This document shows, in pieces, positions 34,435 through 44,697 of a DNA stretch of 64,000 bases. Position 1 is the first letter of the stretch, and each line of letters starts with the position of its first letter. The notes beneath the pieces are model-generated. The model was not told where the DNA came from, searched no databases, and saw only the letters and a program-made list of their open reading frames with translations. This DNA comes from a virus (taxonomy: Duplodnaviria; Caudoviricetes), in IMG/VR virus record IMGVR_UViG_3300028048_000124, positions 1 through 64,000 of that record. One strand, written 5' to 3'. The position numbers were made by a program, and so were the translations under genes.

Positions 34435-36536
34435 TAGATTTTCTTAGGTCCTTCGACTCTTCCCTTGATTACCTTATCGTTCTCGGAATACCTGTAGGTG
34501 AGGCTTTCGCTCAAGAGTTTCGTGCCACTCAACTCACAGGTCAATCCGAAGGCTTTCTTGTTGGAGAACGTCTCGTTCAACCCGAACAATTTGATTTTGC
34601 CCTTCTTTGTTATTTCCTTAGCCTCGAAGACGAACTTAGTGGTTCTTTCCTTTCCGCTGTTGAATTTGATTTTCCCTTCCAATACGACCTTGTTTTCGTT
34701 TTCGTCGATTGAACCGGACGTGGTTTCATATCCGCTTACGTTCGAATAGTTTTCCCTAAGGTACTTGGTGATTAACATATCGAACTTGCCTTCGTCCAAT
34801 TCATTTGCCTCGACGTCCTTATATTGTAAAGATTCCTCTTTCTTCTCCTCTTCGGGCTCTTCCTCGTCGCCAATCATTTGCGGTCTCTTGGATTCGCCTT
34901 CTTCCTCTGCCGGAGTCACTTCGCCGGTTTCTAGGTCGAGTGTCGCCTCTTCGCCTTCTGCCGGAACCTCTTCAGCCGGTGTTTCCTCGACGGGTGCTTC
35001 CTCATGGGTTTCCTCAGGTACAGAGGTATCCAAATCGGCATCCGGATTTGCCTCGGGGTCTACGTCGACAGCGGCGATTTGACCGATTACGATATACCCG
35101 GAATCGCTTCCGCAATGCGTGCATGCTTCGCCGACATTGTAAAGGGGCTTTCCTGATGTTTGGTCGATGTCATTCTCAGACTTCTCCAATTTATCCCTGT
35201 CAGCGTATCTTATTGTTCCGCAAACCGGGCATTGCAACCCGATGCTTCCGATGTATGATTGCTTTAGGTCATCGACGGAATCGGCTGATACGTCGACGAT
35301 TTGCTCGACGTGCTCATCCTCTTCGTTCTTGTCCAAGAGTTCCTTCGCTTCCTCCGCGTCTTGCTTGTCGTTGATATCGAATTCCTTCGATTCCTTCAAT
35401 GATTCGTCGGTTGATTCCGAGCCTTTGTTTCTCACTCTGAAGAACTTGGAGTCCTTCTTTGCCCTTGCGTGGCCGCGGGCTTTGTTTTCGACTTCCTCAT
35501 CGACGGGATGCTCTTCCTCTGCAGCAGGGGTTTCCTCTGGGGCGGGTTCCCCTTCATCTTCGCCTTCCTTCTTCAATTTGATGTTCTTGTCGGGTTCATC
35601 CGAATCCAACACATCGAATGCGAAATTGACGACTATGTGGTTCGTTTCGTCTTGGAGTCTGCTTCCGATTTCCTTTCTCAATTCCTCTTCGTCAGGGATG
35701 TCTTTGACTTTGATGTCGAGTTCAGCCGGAAGTTCCGCTGCCTCTTCGTCTTCCACGCCCTCCAAATCGTATTCGATTCCGTAGACGTGCAAAGACAACT
35801 CGCCTTCCCCGGCCTCGTCTTTATGTTCTTCCTCGCCTTCAGGATGGTCGTAGACGGCCTCTGGGTCATCCTTCAGTTTTCCAAGGAATTCCTTGTGTGC
35901 CTCTTCCTCGTCCTTGATGTGGGTCAATTGCTTCTTTGCGTTTCCGTCGACCTTTGAGATTACCTTATCGTATCCGTCGATTGCCTCGTCTTCGTCGTCG
36001 GCTAGGAAATCCATTTGCCCTTCGAAGTCGTCGGGAACCTCCGTATCGTCTTCCTTTGCCTCAGTGACCGTGTCGATTGATTCCTCGTCGTCTGCCTCGT
36101 ATTCGTCCAAGCCGTTGCCCGGTCTTTCCCCTAAGGCGGCCCTTGCTTTCTCCTCGACCATTTCAAGCGGAGTGTCCAGAGTGAAAACGCCATCCTCGGG
36201 TTTTATGGATGCGAGGAAGTCATGCCCATCGTCCAACAATTCCACCAAAACCTCATCGATGTTGTCGATTTTGAATTCGTCGAAAATGACGCTGCATGCC
36301 TCGCCTTCGTTTAATCCTTCGAAGAATAGGTAGTAGGTGCCGTCACCGACGGGCAACTCCCTGTCCAACACATAGGCCTTGCTGTCCTCGAACAATCCCC
36401 TGATGTCGTTTGCCTTTTCCTCTCCCTCTTCACCGTCTTCAACGGCCTCAATCAATTTCTTCCTGATGGAAGGGTTGATTTTGACGACGCAGAGTTCGTC
36501 AAGTGATTGGAATGCGTTCTTCAATAATTCGCTCAT
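34434..36536 (-). CDS. very acidic virion-associated protein with Zn ribbon
   Basis: 700 aa, E/D-rich linkers, CPVCG/CTHCG, several LxE motifs. Confidence 0.6.
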   Translation of the reverse strand: MSELLKNAFQSLDELCVVKINPSIRKKLIEAVEDGEEGEEKANDIRGLFEDSKAYVLDRELPVGDGTYYLFFEGLNEGEACSVIFDEFKIDNIDEVLVELLDDGHDFLASIKPEDGVFTLDTPLEMVEEKARAALGERPGNGLDEYEADDEESIDTVTEAKEDDTEVPDDFEGQMDFLADDEDEAIDGYDKVISKVDGNAKKQLTHIKDEEEAHKEFLGKLKDDPEAVYDHPEGEEEHKDEAGEGELSLHVYGIEYDLEGVEDEEAAELPAELDIKVKDIPDEEELRKEIGSRLQDETNHIVVNFAFDVLDSDEPDKNIKLKKEGEDEGEPAPEETPAAEEEHPVDEEVENKARGHARAKKDSKFFRVRNKGSESTDESLKESKEFDINDKQDAEEAKELLDKNEEDEHVEQIVDVSADSVDDLKQSYIGSIGLQCPVCGTIRYADRDKLEKSENDIDQTSGKPLYNVGEACTHCGSDSGYIVIGQIAAVDVDPEANPDADLDTSVPEETHEEAPVEETPAEEVPAEGEEATLDLETGEVTPAEEEGESKRPQMIGDEEEPEEEKKEESLQYKDVEANELDEGKFDMLITKYLRENYSNVSGYETTSGSIDENENKVVLEGKIKFNSGKERTTKFVFEAKEITKKGKIKLFGLNETFSNKKAFGLTCELSGTKLLSESLTYRYSENDKVIKGRVEGPKKI

Positions 36537-36557
36537 AGTTTGTTATCTCCTATTTCA

Positions 36558-37283
36558 TTAGTCTATCGGATATATAATCTGACTGTTCGTCGTTAGCATG
36601 TCCCTAAGGCTCGCCAACTCCTCGTTGGCCTCGCTCAACAACGTATCGCCGTCCTGCTCCCACAAGGCGGAAGATTGTTTGTATCTGCTACGTATTCTTC
36701 CCAATATCAACTTCGTCTGGGCTATCGAGAGTTTCAATAGGATGTCAATCCAATAGTCGCTCTTAACCTCATCGACGTTTTCGAATACCGGGACGTATTC
36801 AATCGTGATGCTTTGCGGCGTATCCGTCGCGCAGTTCACGTAAAGTTTCTGTTCGTACCTGTCCTGCTTGAACGCCAAGTCCGTGCTCGTGGTGTTCCTC
36901 ATCTGCAACAGCGTGTTGTAACTCATGTAGTTCAACAGGTAGTCCTGTAGGTTGTACATGGTTCCGCCGTTGGTGAACGCCATCCATGTTTGCGCGTACA
37001 TCGGGTCGATTACGGTCGATGGCTTCCTTCCGTCCCCGCACGTGGTATCGCCGTTGAACCCCTCCGTCCTGAATACCCTTGACACGGAACTAACTTTGCT
37101 CCCAGACAAATCGATGCAGGACGCGAACGGGACCGTTATCAACCTGGTCTCGTCGATGAACCTTTGGAGTTCCTTCAACGATTTGTACACGACCTTCTCG
37201 ATGGTAGAGTCTGGAATCTCAAGGTTAAGTATCCCGCCGGTCAATTCCAACTTAATATTTTCAATGTAATCCTTTATTTTCAT
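36558..37283 (-). CDS. neck protein (gp13-like head-tail adaptor)
   Basis: YIENIKLELTG..LNLEI, LGRIRSRY, LLSEANEEL motifs. Confidence 0.75.
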   Translation of the reverse strand: MKIKDYIENIKLELTGGILNLEIPDSTIEKVVYKSLKELQRFIDETRLITVPFASCIDLSGSKVSSVSRVFRTEGFNGDTTCGDGRKPSTVIDPMYAQTWMAFTNGGTMYNLQDYLLNYMSYNTLLQMRNTTSTDLAFKQDRYEQKLYVNCATDTPQSITIEYVPVFENVDEVKSDYWIDILLKLSIAQTKLILGRIRSRYKQSSALWEQDGDTLLSEANEELASLRDMLTTNSQIIYPID

Positions 37284-37313
37284 TGCTACCGAACATCCTT
37301 TTGCTAAACTCTA

Positions 37314-37328
37314 TCATTTAATTTAGCA
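37314..37328 (-). promoter_or_regulatory. candidate late promoter
   Basis: Exact motif before the neck gene. Confidence 0.75.
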
Positions 37329-37341
37329 TCAAATTATCCAA

Positions 37342-37372
37342 TAAGAAAAGCGGGAATTTCACCAATCCCCGC
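37342..37372 (-). terminator. intrinsic terminator
   Basis: GCGGGGATT/AATTCCCGC stem plus TTTTCTT. Confidence 0.75.
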
Positions 37373-37391
37373 CCCGTTGATTATGGTTTTG

Positions 37392-38255
37392 TCAGTCTTC
37401 GTCGGACTGGAACATCTTGTGGAATCCGTCCAAAGTGCTTTGCATATCGCCCGTCGAATCCTCGACGAAATACCAGATATGCTGTGCTTCGTACCAATCG
37501 GATTCGGATTCACCGACCGTAACAGAATCGTGTCTCGCGATTGCCCACTTGTGTTCCCTTGCGAACTTGGCGACGATTTCCTCCGTAGCCCAATGGTCGT
37601 GCTTCCAGTCTCCGTCGATGTACATTTCCAACTTGAGGTCTGCCAACGAATTGTCCGAGTTCATGAATGTCCCGTCTTCGGGATGGATTCCGTATTTTGC
37701 CAATTCGTCGAACAGTTCCTTTTCGAATGCGGCCAATTCCTCGTGTGTGTATTCGCCTTCCTTGCCGCTTAGGAATCCCTCTTCCACAGGAGGTTCCTCC
37801 TTTGGCTCATCTTCCTTGGGCTCGTCATCCAAATCGACTTTGCCTTCGTCTCCCTTGTTCCAATCGATGACGCCGTCCTCACCGACGTCGAATCCCTTGA
37901 CTTCCTCATACTCGTTTAGGAGTTGCGATGCCAAGGCCTTGTAATCCTCGTCTTTGAGGATTCCCCTCGATTCTATGATGATATCGCCGGTTTCCTTGTC
38001 CGTGAGCATCTTCCACTCGTCAGGCGTATCGTTCTTATTGAATACCTTGATACAGGCGCAAAGTGCCCAGTCCAGGTCATCCTCGTCCTGGATTACGTCC
38101 TGTCTCTGTTCCTTGCCCCAACCGGGTTCCCAGTTGACCGTGACGGCCAATGGACCGTCATCCAACATGACCCAGCCTCCGACATAGTCCTTATTGGCCA
38201 AAAGGAATTCGACTTCTTCCTTGAGCCATTTTTCCAATTTCTTTACAGCGTTCAT
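37392..38255 (-). CDS. acidic two-domain hypothetical protein (putative head cargo)
   Basis: 287 aa, acidic linker EEPPVEEG. Confidence 0.6.
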   Translation of the reverse strand: MNAVKKLEKWLKEEVEFLLANKDYVGGWVMLDDGPLAVTVNWEPGWGKEQRQDVIQDEDDLDWALCACIKVFNKNDTPDEWKMLTDKETGDIIIESRGILKDEDYKALASQLLNEYEEVKGFDVGEDGVIDWNKGDEGKVDLDDEPKEDEPKEEPPVEEGFLSGKEGEYTHEELAAFEKELFDELAKYGIHPEDGTFMNSDNSLADLKLEMYIDGDWKHDHWATEEIVAKFAREHKWAIARHDSVTVGESESDWYEAQHIWYFVEDSTGDMQSTLDGFHKMFQSDED

Positions 38256-41200
38256 TCCTTTATCTCCTTTAAGAGGGTTTTCAAACCCTCAAGTGCCTGC
38301 TCGTAATTGACGGTGGCATCCTCGTCAAAGTCCGGGTTCACGACTTCCGTTCCGTTCTTGACGTCCCAGATTGAATATTGGTTGAACAACCTCGCCAAGT
38401 TCATTGCGAGTTGCCCGTCTTCCAAGTGATATGAGATTTCTGGCTCACCGTAAACGCCGAGGTATTCCACACCCAATTTAGCACCGACCGTTGACCTTAC
38501 GGCCGCGATATCCTCATCGGTTATCTCCGGCCTGAAGTAACTTACGAAGAACCCGTCATCGAATTCCTCCTTGCTTACCTTGCCGTCTTTCAGGGAGTAG
38601 GTACCGTCTTCCGGCAACTTATCCTTGAGTGCGTTCAACTTGTCGTGGGTGATTTCGTCCATGTCCAATTCCTCGCCCAGACGCTCCAACGAAAGTTCCT
38701 TCGATAGGCATGCTTTCCTGGAATCCTTCAGGTCATCCAGATATCCGAGGTTTCTGAACTCCTTGAATATGAGGTTCCCAAGGCCATATTCGCCGTCTGA
38801 GGCGATTGAGGACTTACGGAGGTCATATATGTCGGTGATGAATTCATTCACGTCCTGAGAGGTCGGATTCGAGTCCTTGAGTGCGAAGTATTTGTCTTCC
38901 CATTCCGTGAATTCCTTATCGAACGATTCTTCGTCCAAATCCGGGATATCGGTTTGTTCCGGTTCCTTAATCCACTTTCCGTCCTTGACTGAGTAGATTC
39001 CGTTTGACCTCAATCCGTCCAGGTTATCCAATTCGACGAATATCTCTACCGGGATTCCGAAGAAGTTTATGTCGTAGTTCTTATTGAATATGGAGCGATA
39101 TGCACCATATAGTTTATCCGTCAATTCCTTTGGACACTCCAATTTGGTCGAGTCGGCGATGATGTGCACGTCGACGTCGCTGTCCTTTGTGTAGTTGTAT
39201 GAGACGTTGCTTCCAACCAACACGATGTCCTTGACCGCGATGTTGACACCGTCTTCCTTCAACTCATCGACAAACGTATTCACGATGTTGTCGATTGCCT
39301 CGGCGACGTCCGGCTTCAATGCGTTTCCGTCAAACAACGTGGGATTCAACGTGTCGTGCTTTTCGATGTCCTCGTCGATTCCAGCCTCGGCCGCTTCCTT
39401 GGCCTCCATCAATGCCCTGTAAACGTTCACATAGGCATCGTGCCTCGTCGTATCCACGCATTCGATTATGCAATACTTAGCGGACGGATGCTCATCGAAG
39501 AACTTCTTGACCCCCAAAAGGACTTCCCTGTTCTTCCTCTTTCTGAGCAAAGGCTCATCCCTGTAGGTATCCCTGGACACCTTCATGCAGATTTCCGGGA
39601 CCCTGGAATAGAAAATCCTCTTACGTGTATTGGCGTCGTCATCGTATTTATATGACATCCTGGTGAATTTGTTGGACGGGGAGAATATGAACTTATACGG
39701 TCTCTTGAATTCCAAGTCGGAGATTTCATCTTCGGCGTCTTCCGCCAATGCGGCACCGCCTTCCCCGCATCCTTCGCAGCCACTTGCTTGGGCATCGTTT
39801 CCCATCGCGTGGTTGAAGAACGCGATGTTGTGCTCGACGTCACCTGCGTTATAGTTCACGAACCAGCCTTGTGCGCCTTTCTTGTTCGTTCTGGCGTGCT
39901 TCTTGGCCGTTTTCTTGAGGATGTCCTTAAGTGCGGTTCCCTCATCGAGGTTCTCCCCGAGGGTCCCTTCCCTCAATTCGTCTATGAACTGCCTGTTAAC
40001 ATGGCATGGCTCAAAATCATCGAGGTCGTTGACGACTATCTTGAACGGGAATTCCCTTGCCTCTTCCTCGTCTCCGAACTCCTCCATCGCATGGTCCAGG
40101 TCGTACATTATTACGATGCTATCGACGACTGGGCTTAATATATAATCGTATCTTCCGTCGTCTGCGCCGACGCAAAGCATATCGTATAATTTCCGATACT
40201 TTTCCTTTGGTACCTCGTATACCCAATCGGAATCGTCGTTTGACGGCTCGAAGTCTATGTCGTCGACATTGTCTTCCGACTCCAACGATTCGTTCGTTCC
40301 CTTGGTCGCTCCCCAATGGACGACGAGTCTGTTTCCTTCCCTGTCTTCCTTATAGTTCCAACCAAACGGATTTTGCCATGTGCTCGGCTGCCTCGGTGCT
40401 TGGATGTAGATGTGGACCTTTTCATCCTCCGCGATGTCTCTGCCGTAATCGTATTGACTTGCGAGTTCAAGGCCCTCGGAACCAACTGAGGTTACGTTAT
40501 TGGGAACGAATAACCCGCTCAAGTTCATGCAGCGTTCAAACGAACCCCTGCCGATTGCGACGTCGCATGACGGGAATTCGAATTTGGACATCGCGCACCT
40601 TGAGAACGCCTGGTCCCCAATCGTCAACGATGACGGTTCCTCCCTGAATTTAACCTCTATTAATGTCGAATTTTCACAGAATGCACGGCTTCCAATCGAC
40701 GTACAGGTCTTAGGCAACGTGACAACCCTGACGGGGGTTCCAGAGAACACCTCATAGGAAACCGCCTTCACCCCGTCTGGAACGTCGATTTGTTCGAGAA
40801 CCTCATGGGTAGGATTATAGTAGTATCTCAGAATATTATCCGTGATTCCGAATTCCACCGATGTGTCGATGGTGAACACGTCGTCGATGGAATCCATGTA
40901 TTTCCATGCGGAATCCACGAACGACATAATCTCATCCGTATCATTGTTTTCGAGGTTATACTTCCTGAATACCTTCTCGACGTTGTTGATTAACTCGTCG
41001 CTGTTATATCCCCAACTGTACCTCGAATACTGGTTTGCGAAATCCGCGGTGAACACAGGGGTTCCGTTAACCTCGGCCTTCTTGACGTCCTTCGATGCGA
41101 ATGTGTTTCCGCCAACCACGTATTCCAAGGTGACCATAATCTCCGGCGTCGCCTTCGTTTCCGGGTTGTAGTTCGAAATGACGACGAGTTGTCTCCACTT

Positions 41201-41635
41201 CGCCCCCTCGATTCTCCTTGCGTCCTTCTCCCTGACGAAGGTGAACGTGATTCCGCCGCTCTTCCTGGATACGGATATGCCGGACTTCTTAGTCGGTTCC
41301 TTGAATCCCTTTTCAATCAATTCCTTTGACAATTTCTCCAGGAAACCGTTTCCATTCAAAATCTCGATGCCGGATGATTTGACGGACGAGGTGTCGATTG
41401 CGCCCAACTTCCTGCAGAAGTTCTTGACGGTGTCGTTGTATTTATATAGGTTGTTGCCTATTTTGACGATGCGGAAATAACCGGTCTCTCCGCCGATTAT
41501 CGCCTCATATTGTCTCAATGGAACCATGGCCTTCATCGCCTCCTCGAAAGAGTAGACGGCCGTTTCCATGTTATCGCTATATCCCTTCGGGAAATAGACT
41601 GCGTTTGTTTTTATCCTTGAATTGCCGATTCCCAT
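38252..41635 (-). CDS. 1127-aa multidomain protein: BspA-type LRR, Pol-beta nucleotidyltransferase, C-terminal SAM-lyase-like domain
   Basis: LRR (IGSRAF, IGDQAFSRC, IGRGSFERC). NTase LVGSNVSYNY..DSDVDVH. C-terminus FVSYFRPEI...GVYGEPE...AMNLARLFNQYSIW. Confidence 0.6.
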   Translation of the reverse strand: MGIGNSRIKTNAVYFPKGYSDNMETAVYSFEEAMKAMVPLRQYEAIIGGETGYFRIVKIGNNLYKYNDTVKNFCRKLGAIDTSSVKSSGIEILNGNGFLEKLSKELIEKGFKEPTKKSGISVSRKSGGITFTFVREKDARRIEGAKWRQLVVISNYNPETKATPEIMVTLEYVVGGNTFASKDVKKAEVNGTPVFTADFANQYSRYSWGYNSDELINNVEKVFRKYNLENNDTDEIMSFVDSAWKYMDSIDDVFTIDTSVEFGITDNILRYYYNPTHEVLEQIDVPDGVKAVSYEVFSGTPVRVVTLPKTCTSIGSRAFCENSTLIEVKFREEPSSLTIGDQAFSRCAMSKFEFPSCDVAIGRGSFERCMNLSGLFVPNNVTSVGSEGLELASQYDYGRDIAEDEKVHIYIQAPRQPSTWQNPFGWNYKEDREGNRLVVHWGATKGTNESLESEDNVDDIDFEPSNDDSDWVYEVPKEKYRKLYDMLCVGADDGRYDYILSPVVDSIVIMYDLDHAMEEFGDEEEAREFPFKIVVNDLDDFEPCHVNRQFIDELREGTLGENLDEGTALKDILKKTAKKHARTNKKGAQGWFVNYNAGDVEHNIAFFNHAMGNDAQASGCEGCGEGGAALAEDAEDEISDLEFKRPYKFIFSPSNKFTRMSYKYDDDANTRKRIFYSRVPEICMKVSRDTYRDEPLLRKRKNREVLLGVKKFFDEHPSAKYCIIECVDTTRHDAYVNVYRALMEAKEAAEAGIDEDIEKHDTLNPTLFDGNALKPDVAEAIDNIVNTFVDELKEDGVNIAVKDIVLVGSNVSYNYTKDSDVDVHIIADSTKLECPKELTDKLYGAYRSIFNKNYDINFFGIPVEIFVELDNLDGLRSNGIYSVKDGKWIKEPEQTDIPDLDEESFDKEFTEWEDKYFALKDSNPTSQDVNEFITDIYDLRKSSIASDGEYGLGNLIFKEFRNLGYLDDLKDSRKACLSKELSLERLGEELDMDEITHDKLNALKDKLPEDGTYSLKDGKVSKEEFDDGFFVSYFRPEITDEDIAAVRSTVGAKLGVEYLGVYGEPEISYHLEDGQLAMNLARLFNQYSIWDVKNGTEVVNPDFDEDATVNYEQALEGLKTLLKEIKE

Positions 41636-41646
41636 AGTTCCTCTCC

Positions 41647-43650
41647 TTATAAGTGGTCAACGACCCTGACGTCTGAGAATCCGTCATCAACGTCGCCTTC
41701 TTCGGTATAGCCCCATTCGACGGGGATGTTGTCCGGGTTCCACTCCTCGTCCCAGCCTTCAGGCTTCGATTCGGCCTCGGCCTTGATTTTGAGGTTTCCG
41801 CATTTATAGAACGCGTAGACGCCGACGTAAGTGACTTCCTTTGGGATGATTACCTCTGTCAACTCAGTCTTGCCGGCGAAGCAAAGGTCCTCGATTCCGG
41901 TGATTCCGTCTGGAATGATTGCGGTTCCCTTGGTCTTCCTTCTGAATTCGATTACCGTGTTATCCTGATAGATATAGTCATCCAAATCGGTGAACACGTA
42001 ACCCAATTGCTTTGCGTTCTTCAGGTGGGGAAGGTTCTTACGCTTCCTTGCCATCGCAGGAGGTAGGAATACGCCGTCGACTGCCGGTGCGTCCTTCAAT
42101 TCCTTATTGATTTGGGTTTTGTTCATCCACTCGTCCTTCGCGTTGTAAACCGCGCGGTTTCCGTTTGGGTATATCGCGAAGGCGAATTTATCCGTCTCGT
42201 CCTTCCTTAGGAAGAAGTAGAATTGGACGTTGTCCCTCTTCGTGTATTGGTCCCAGTAGGTCTCTGGCTGCATATCGCCCCTGACCCATCTCTTTGAACC
42301 TGAGATGCACCATTGTGCGTTCTTTCCGTATTTCTGCGATGCCGCGAATGTGTTGATTTTATAGACTTCCCAATTCTCGTTCTCGGCGACTTTCTCAGCA
42401 CCGGCCTTGGCCTCCGCGTCGGATTGTGAACGTGTCTTCTTACCTTCCAATTCGGTCAGGATTGCATCCAACTCGTCGGGCGTATGCGGATTCTTCTTTG
42501 AAGTCCAATACATGATGTCCTTTTGCTGTCCCTGCAATCTGTTCTTCTGCTTCAGGAACCTGTCGTAAAGTTCCTGGCCTCCCCATTCGATGAATCTGTC
42601 GATGTCGGCCTTAGCCTCGTTCAAAAGGCTCTCGATGACCTTGACGTCGTCGAGTTTCAATTCCTTTTTGACCCTCTTGACGAAATCGTCGATTGACTCG
42701 TCAGGGATTTCCCTGCCTTCGTTCAACGATTCGTCCACAGAACCGTCGTCGAGTGCTATATCGGTGTATTCCAATTTCTCCTGCTTTTCCCTGATGTCCA
42801 AACCGGCCGTGATTGTACCATCATCAGTCAAGCCGAAAGAGTATGTGAATTGGACGTTGTTCTCATCCCTCCAGGACTCCAACTCCTCGCTGATTTCATC
42901 CATCGCGTTGTTGAATGCCTCTTGGGTTACGGCGATTTTGAAATTCGATTTTATTTGAAGATGCCAATAATGGACGCTCTCATCGAATATCGAAGGATAT
43001 TCCCTGCAGGATTCTATTTCGAAATCCAAGGAAATCAATTTCTGCTTGAATGACTCAACCTCATCCTCGGTGGCTTGCACAAGGGTATATTCCGAGCCGT
43101 TCTCCTCAAAGATGTTTCCGTTCCTGGGCTTTCTCCTGAACGAGCCTTTGCCCTTCTTTGCCTTGAATGTCTGTGAACGTGTTCTGCCCCACATAGCCTT
43201 TGCGTTTGGGTCACCCGCTTTCTTCGCCTGTGGTTTCTTACGCTTTCCCTCTTCGACCGATAACCTTGACTTCGCCTCGTCTTCGTAATTCGAGATTATC
43301 TCCTTGGCCTTCGATTCGACCTCGTCTTTGTCTAGGCCTTCCTTCAGACCGTATCTCTTGATTGTGGGCTTCGTCTCATAGAACGATTCGTATAATCCGG
43401 AGATGTCGTCAAGTGCGTCCTCATCGTCAGTGATGACGTAATCGCCGATGATTTCGTCCGTAGGCTCAACGACGAAAACGACGAAACCCTTTTCGTTGGC
43501 AAGTCTCGCGACGTCTTCCTCGGGAAGTCCGGAATCGCCGACTATGTCCCTGGCGAAACAGAACTGATGGTCGCGGCAACCGTCATCGTCACAGCGTCCC
43601 CTCAACGCCTTTGCCAAAAGGTTCAATAAGTAACTGTTCTTTGTATCCAT
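41647..43650 (-). CDS. 667-aa multidomain protein: ArfA-like module, PcfJ-like domain, BspA-type LRR
   Basis: KAKKGKGSFRRK; ASQKYGKNAQWCISG; IPDGITGIEDLCF..VGVYAFYKC. Confidence 0.6.
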   Translation of the reverse strand: MDTKNSYLLNLLAKALRGRCDDDGCRDHQFCFARDIVGDSGLPEEDVARLANEKGFVVFVVEPTDEIIGDYVITDDEDALDDISGLYESFYETKPTIKRYGLKEGLDKDEVESKAKEIISNYEDEAKSRLSVEEGKRKKPQAKKAGDPNAKAMWGRTRSQTFKAKKGKGSFRRKPRNGNIFEENGSEYTLVQATEDEVESFKQKLISLDFEIESCREYPSIFDESVHYWHLQIKSNFKIAVTQEAFNNAMDEISEELESWRDENNVQFTYSFGLTDDGTITAGLDIREKQEKLEYTDIALDDGSVDESLNEGREIPDESIDDFVKRVKKELKLDDVKVIESLLNEAKADIDRFIEWGGQELYDRFLKQKNRLQGQQKDIMYWTSKKNPHTPDELDAILTELEGKKTRSQSDAEAKAGAEKVAENENWEVYKINTFAASQKYGKNAQWCISGSKRWVRGDMQPETYWDQYTKRDNVQFYFFLRKDETDKFAFAIYPNGNRAVYNAKDEWMNKTQINKELKDAPAVDGVFLPPAMARKRKNLPHLKNAKQLGYVFTDLDDYIYQDNTVIEFRRKTKGTAIIPDGITGIEDLCFAGKTELTEVIIPKEVTYVGVYAFYKCGNLKIKAEAESKPEGWDEEWNPDNIPVEWGYTEEGDVDDGFSDVRVVDHL

Positions 43651-43665
43651 GCGATAAACCCTTCC

Positions 43666-44622
43666 TTAATTGTATCTATAGGCGTAATATCCGCCGTCCA
43701 ATGAAATCTCGTTGTCGTCGTATCCTCCGACGTATCCGCCGAAACTGCTTACCCGCAATTCATCCTCGATATATGCGTCGGCATCGAATAAATCCGGATT
43801 GTTATTGACTTCATATCTCAAGTCCCTTTCGCCGTACATATCCATGAACCATTCTATTCCGTTTGAATATATGCTGTAGTAGTGGTCGATTAACTTATCC
43901 CTCAGGGAATCCATCGATATATTGCAGTCATAATTATCCCTGTCGGAGTCATCGAAATCCTCATCCTCGGTATCGACGTCAGGTTTAAGCGTGAAATCGT
44001 CCGGGAAATTGATAACACCTTCATCGATTGCCTCGTCGATTACTTCATCGTCATCCATGTAGTCGACCCTTTCACGGCAATTATCCTCATACATTTCATT
44101 GAATGCTTCTTCGTTTAGGTAATCTTCGTATCCATTGAATTCCGCCGGTCCAGAATCGTAAAGCATATCCCTGAGGTATTCCTCCGCAGCAGCACGTGCC
44201 TCATCATATGTCAAGACATAATAGGATTCGGCGGCATGGTAGGAGTCGACTTCCTCCGAGACCTCATAGACGTGTTTCATATGCGGGTCCTCGGTGATTG
44301 CCTCAGGGTCTACCTCAAGGTAATCTGCCAGGGCGATAATCCTATCGTCAACACCACTGTAATCTGGTGATTGGAAATCGATGTCGGAGATATCGTCATC
44401 ATCATCGACGTCCTCGGTAACGGACTCATCGTCACCTAATTCCTGAAGTATATCCAACTTGAAGTCCTGTCTGACTTTGTGTCCCTTGTCGTCGAAATCG
44501 ACGAACACCGTCGCAACGTCCTCGTCTATGTATTCTATGGTGCCTTCCTTGCCGTCCCAGGCGTTTCCGGCGTTTACGAGTTTGATTCTTTGCCCTTTAT
44601 CCATGTTATTCCTCTCATACAT
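43666..44622 (-). CDS. acidic hypothetical protein with N-terminal SH3/KOW-like domain
   Basis: GQRIKLV...GKEGTIEYI...VFVDF, then a very D/E-rich domain. Confidence 0.6.
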   Translation of the reverse strand: MYERNNMDKGQRIKLVNAGNAWDGKEGTIEYIDEDVATVFVDFDDKGHKVRQDFKLDILQELGDDESVTEDVDDDDDISDIDFQSPDYSGVDDRIIALADYLEVDPEAITEDPHMKHVYEVSEEVDSYHAAESYYVLTYDEARAAAEEYLRDMLYDSGPAEFNGYEDYLNEEAFNEMYEDNCRERVDYMDDDEVIDEAIDEGVINFPDDFTLKPDVDTEDEDFDDSDRDNYDCNISMDSLRDKLIDHYYSIYSNGIEWFMDMYGERDLRYEVNNNPDLFDADAYIEDELRVSSFGGYVGGYDDNEISLDGGYYAYRYN

Positions 44623-44649
44623 TAAAATTCCGAAGATAATTATACCGTA

Positions 44650-44664
44650 TCATTTAATTTAGCA
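44650..44664 (-). promoter_or_regulatory. candidate late promoter
   Basis: Exact motif before the cargo operon. Confidence 0.75.
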
Positions 44665-44697
44665 CCAAAATATCATATCGGTAAAGCACGAAGTGCG

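Noticed and set aside
38455-38465. Extra copy of the promoter motif (AATTTAGCA)
   Set aside because: It is a partial match inside a coding region (Ala-Lys-Leu codons) with no downstream start.
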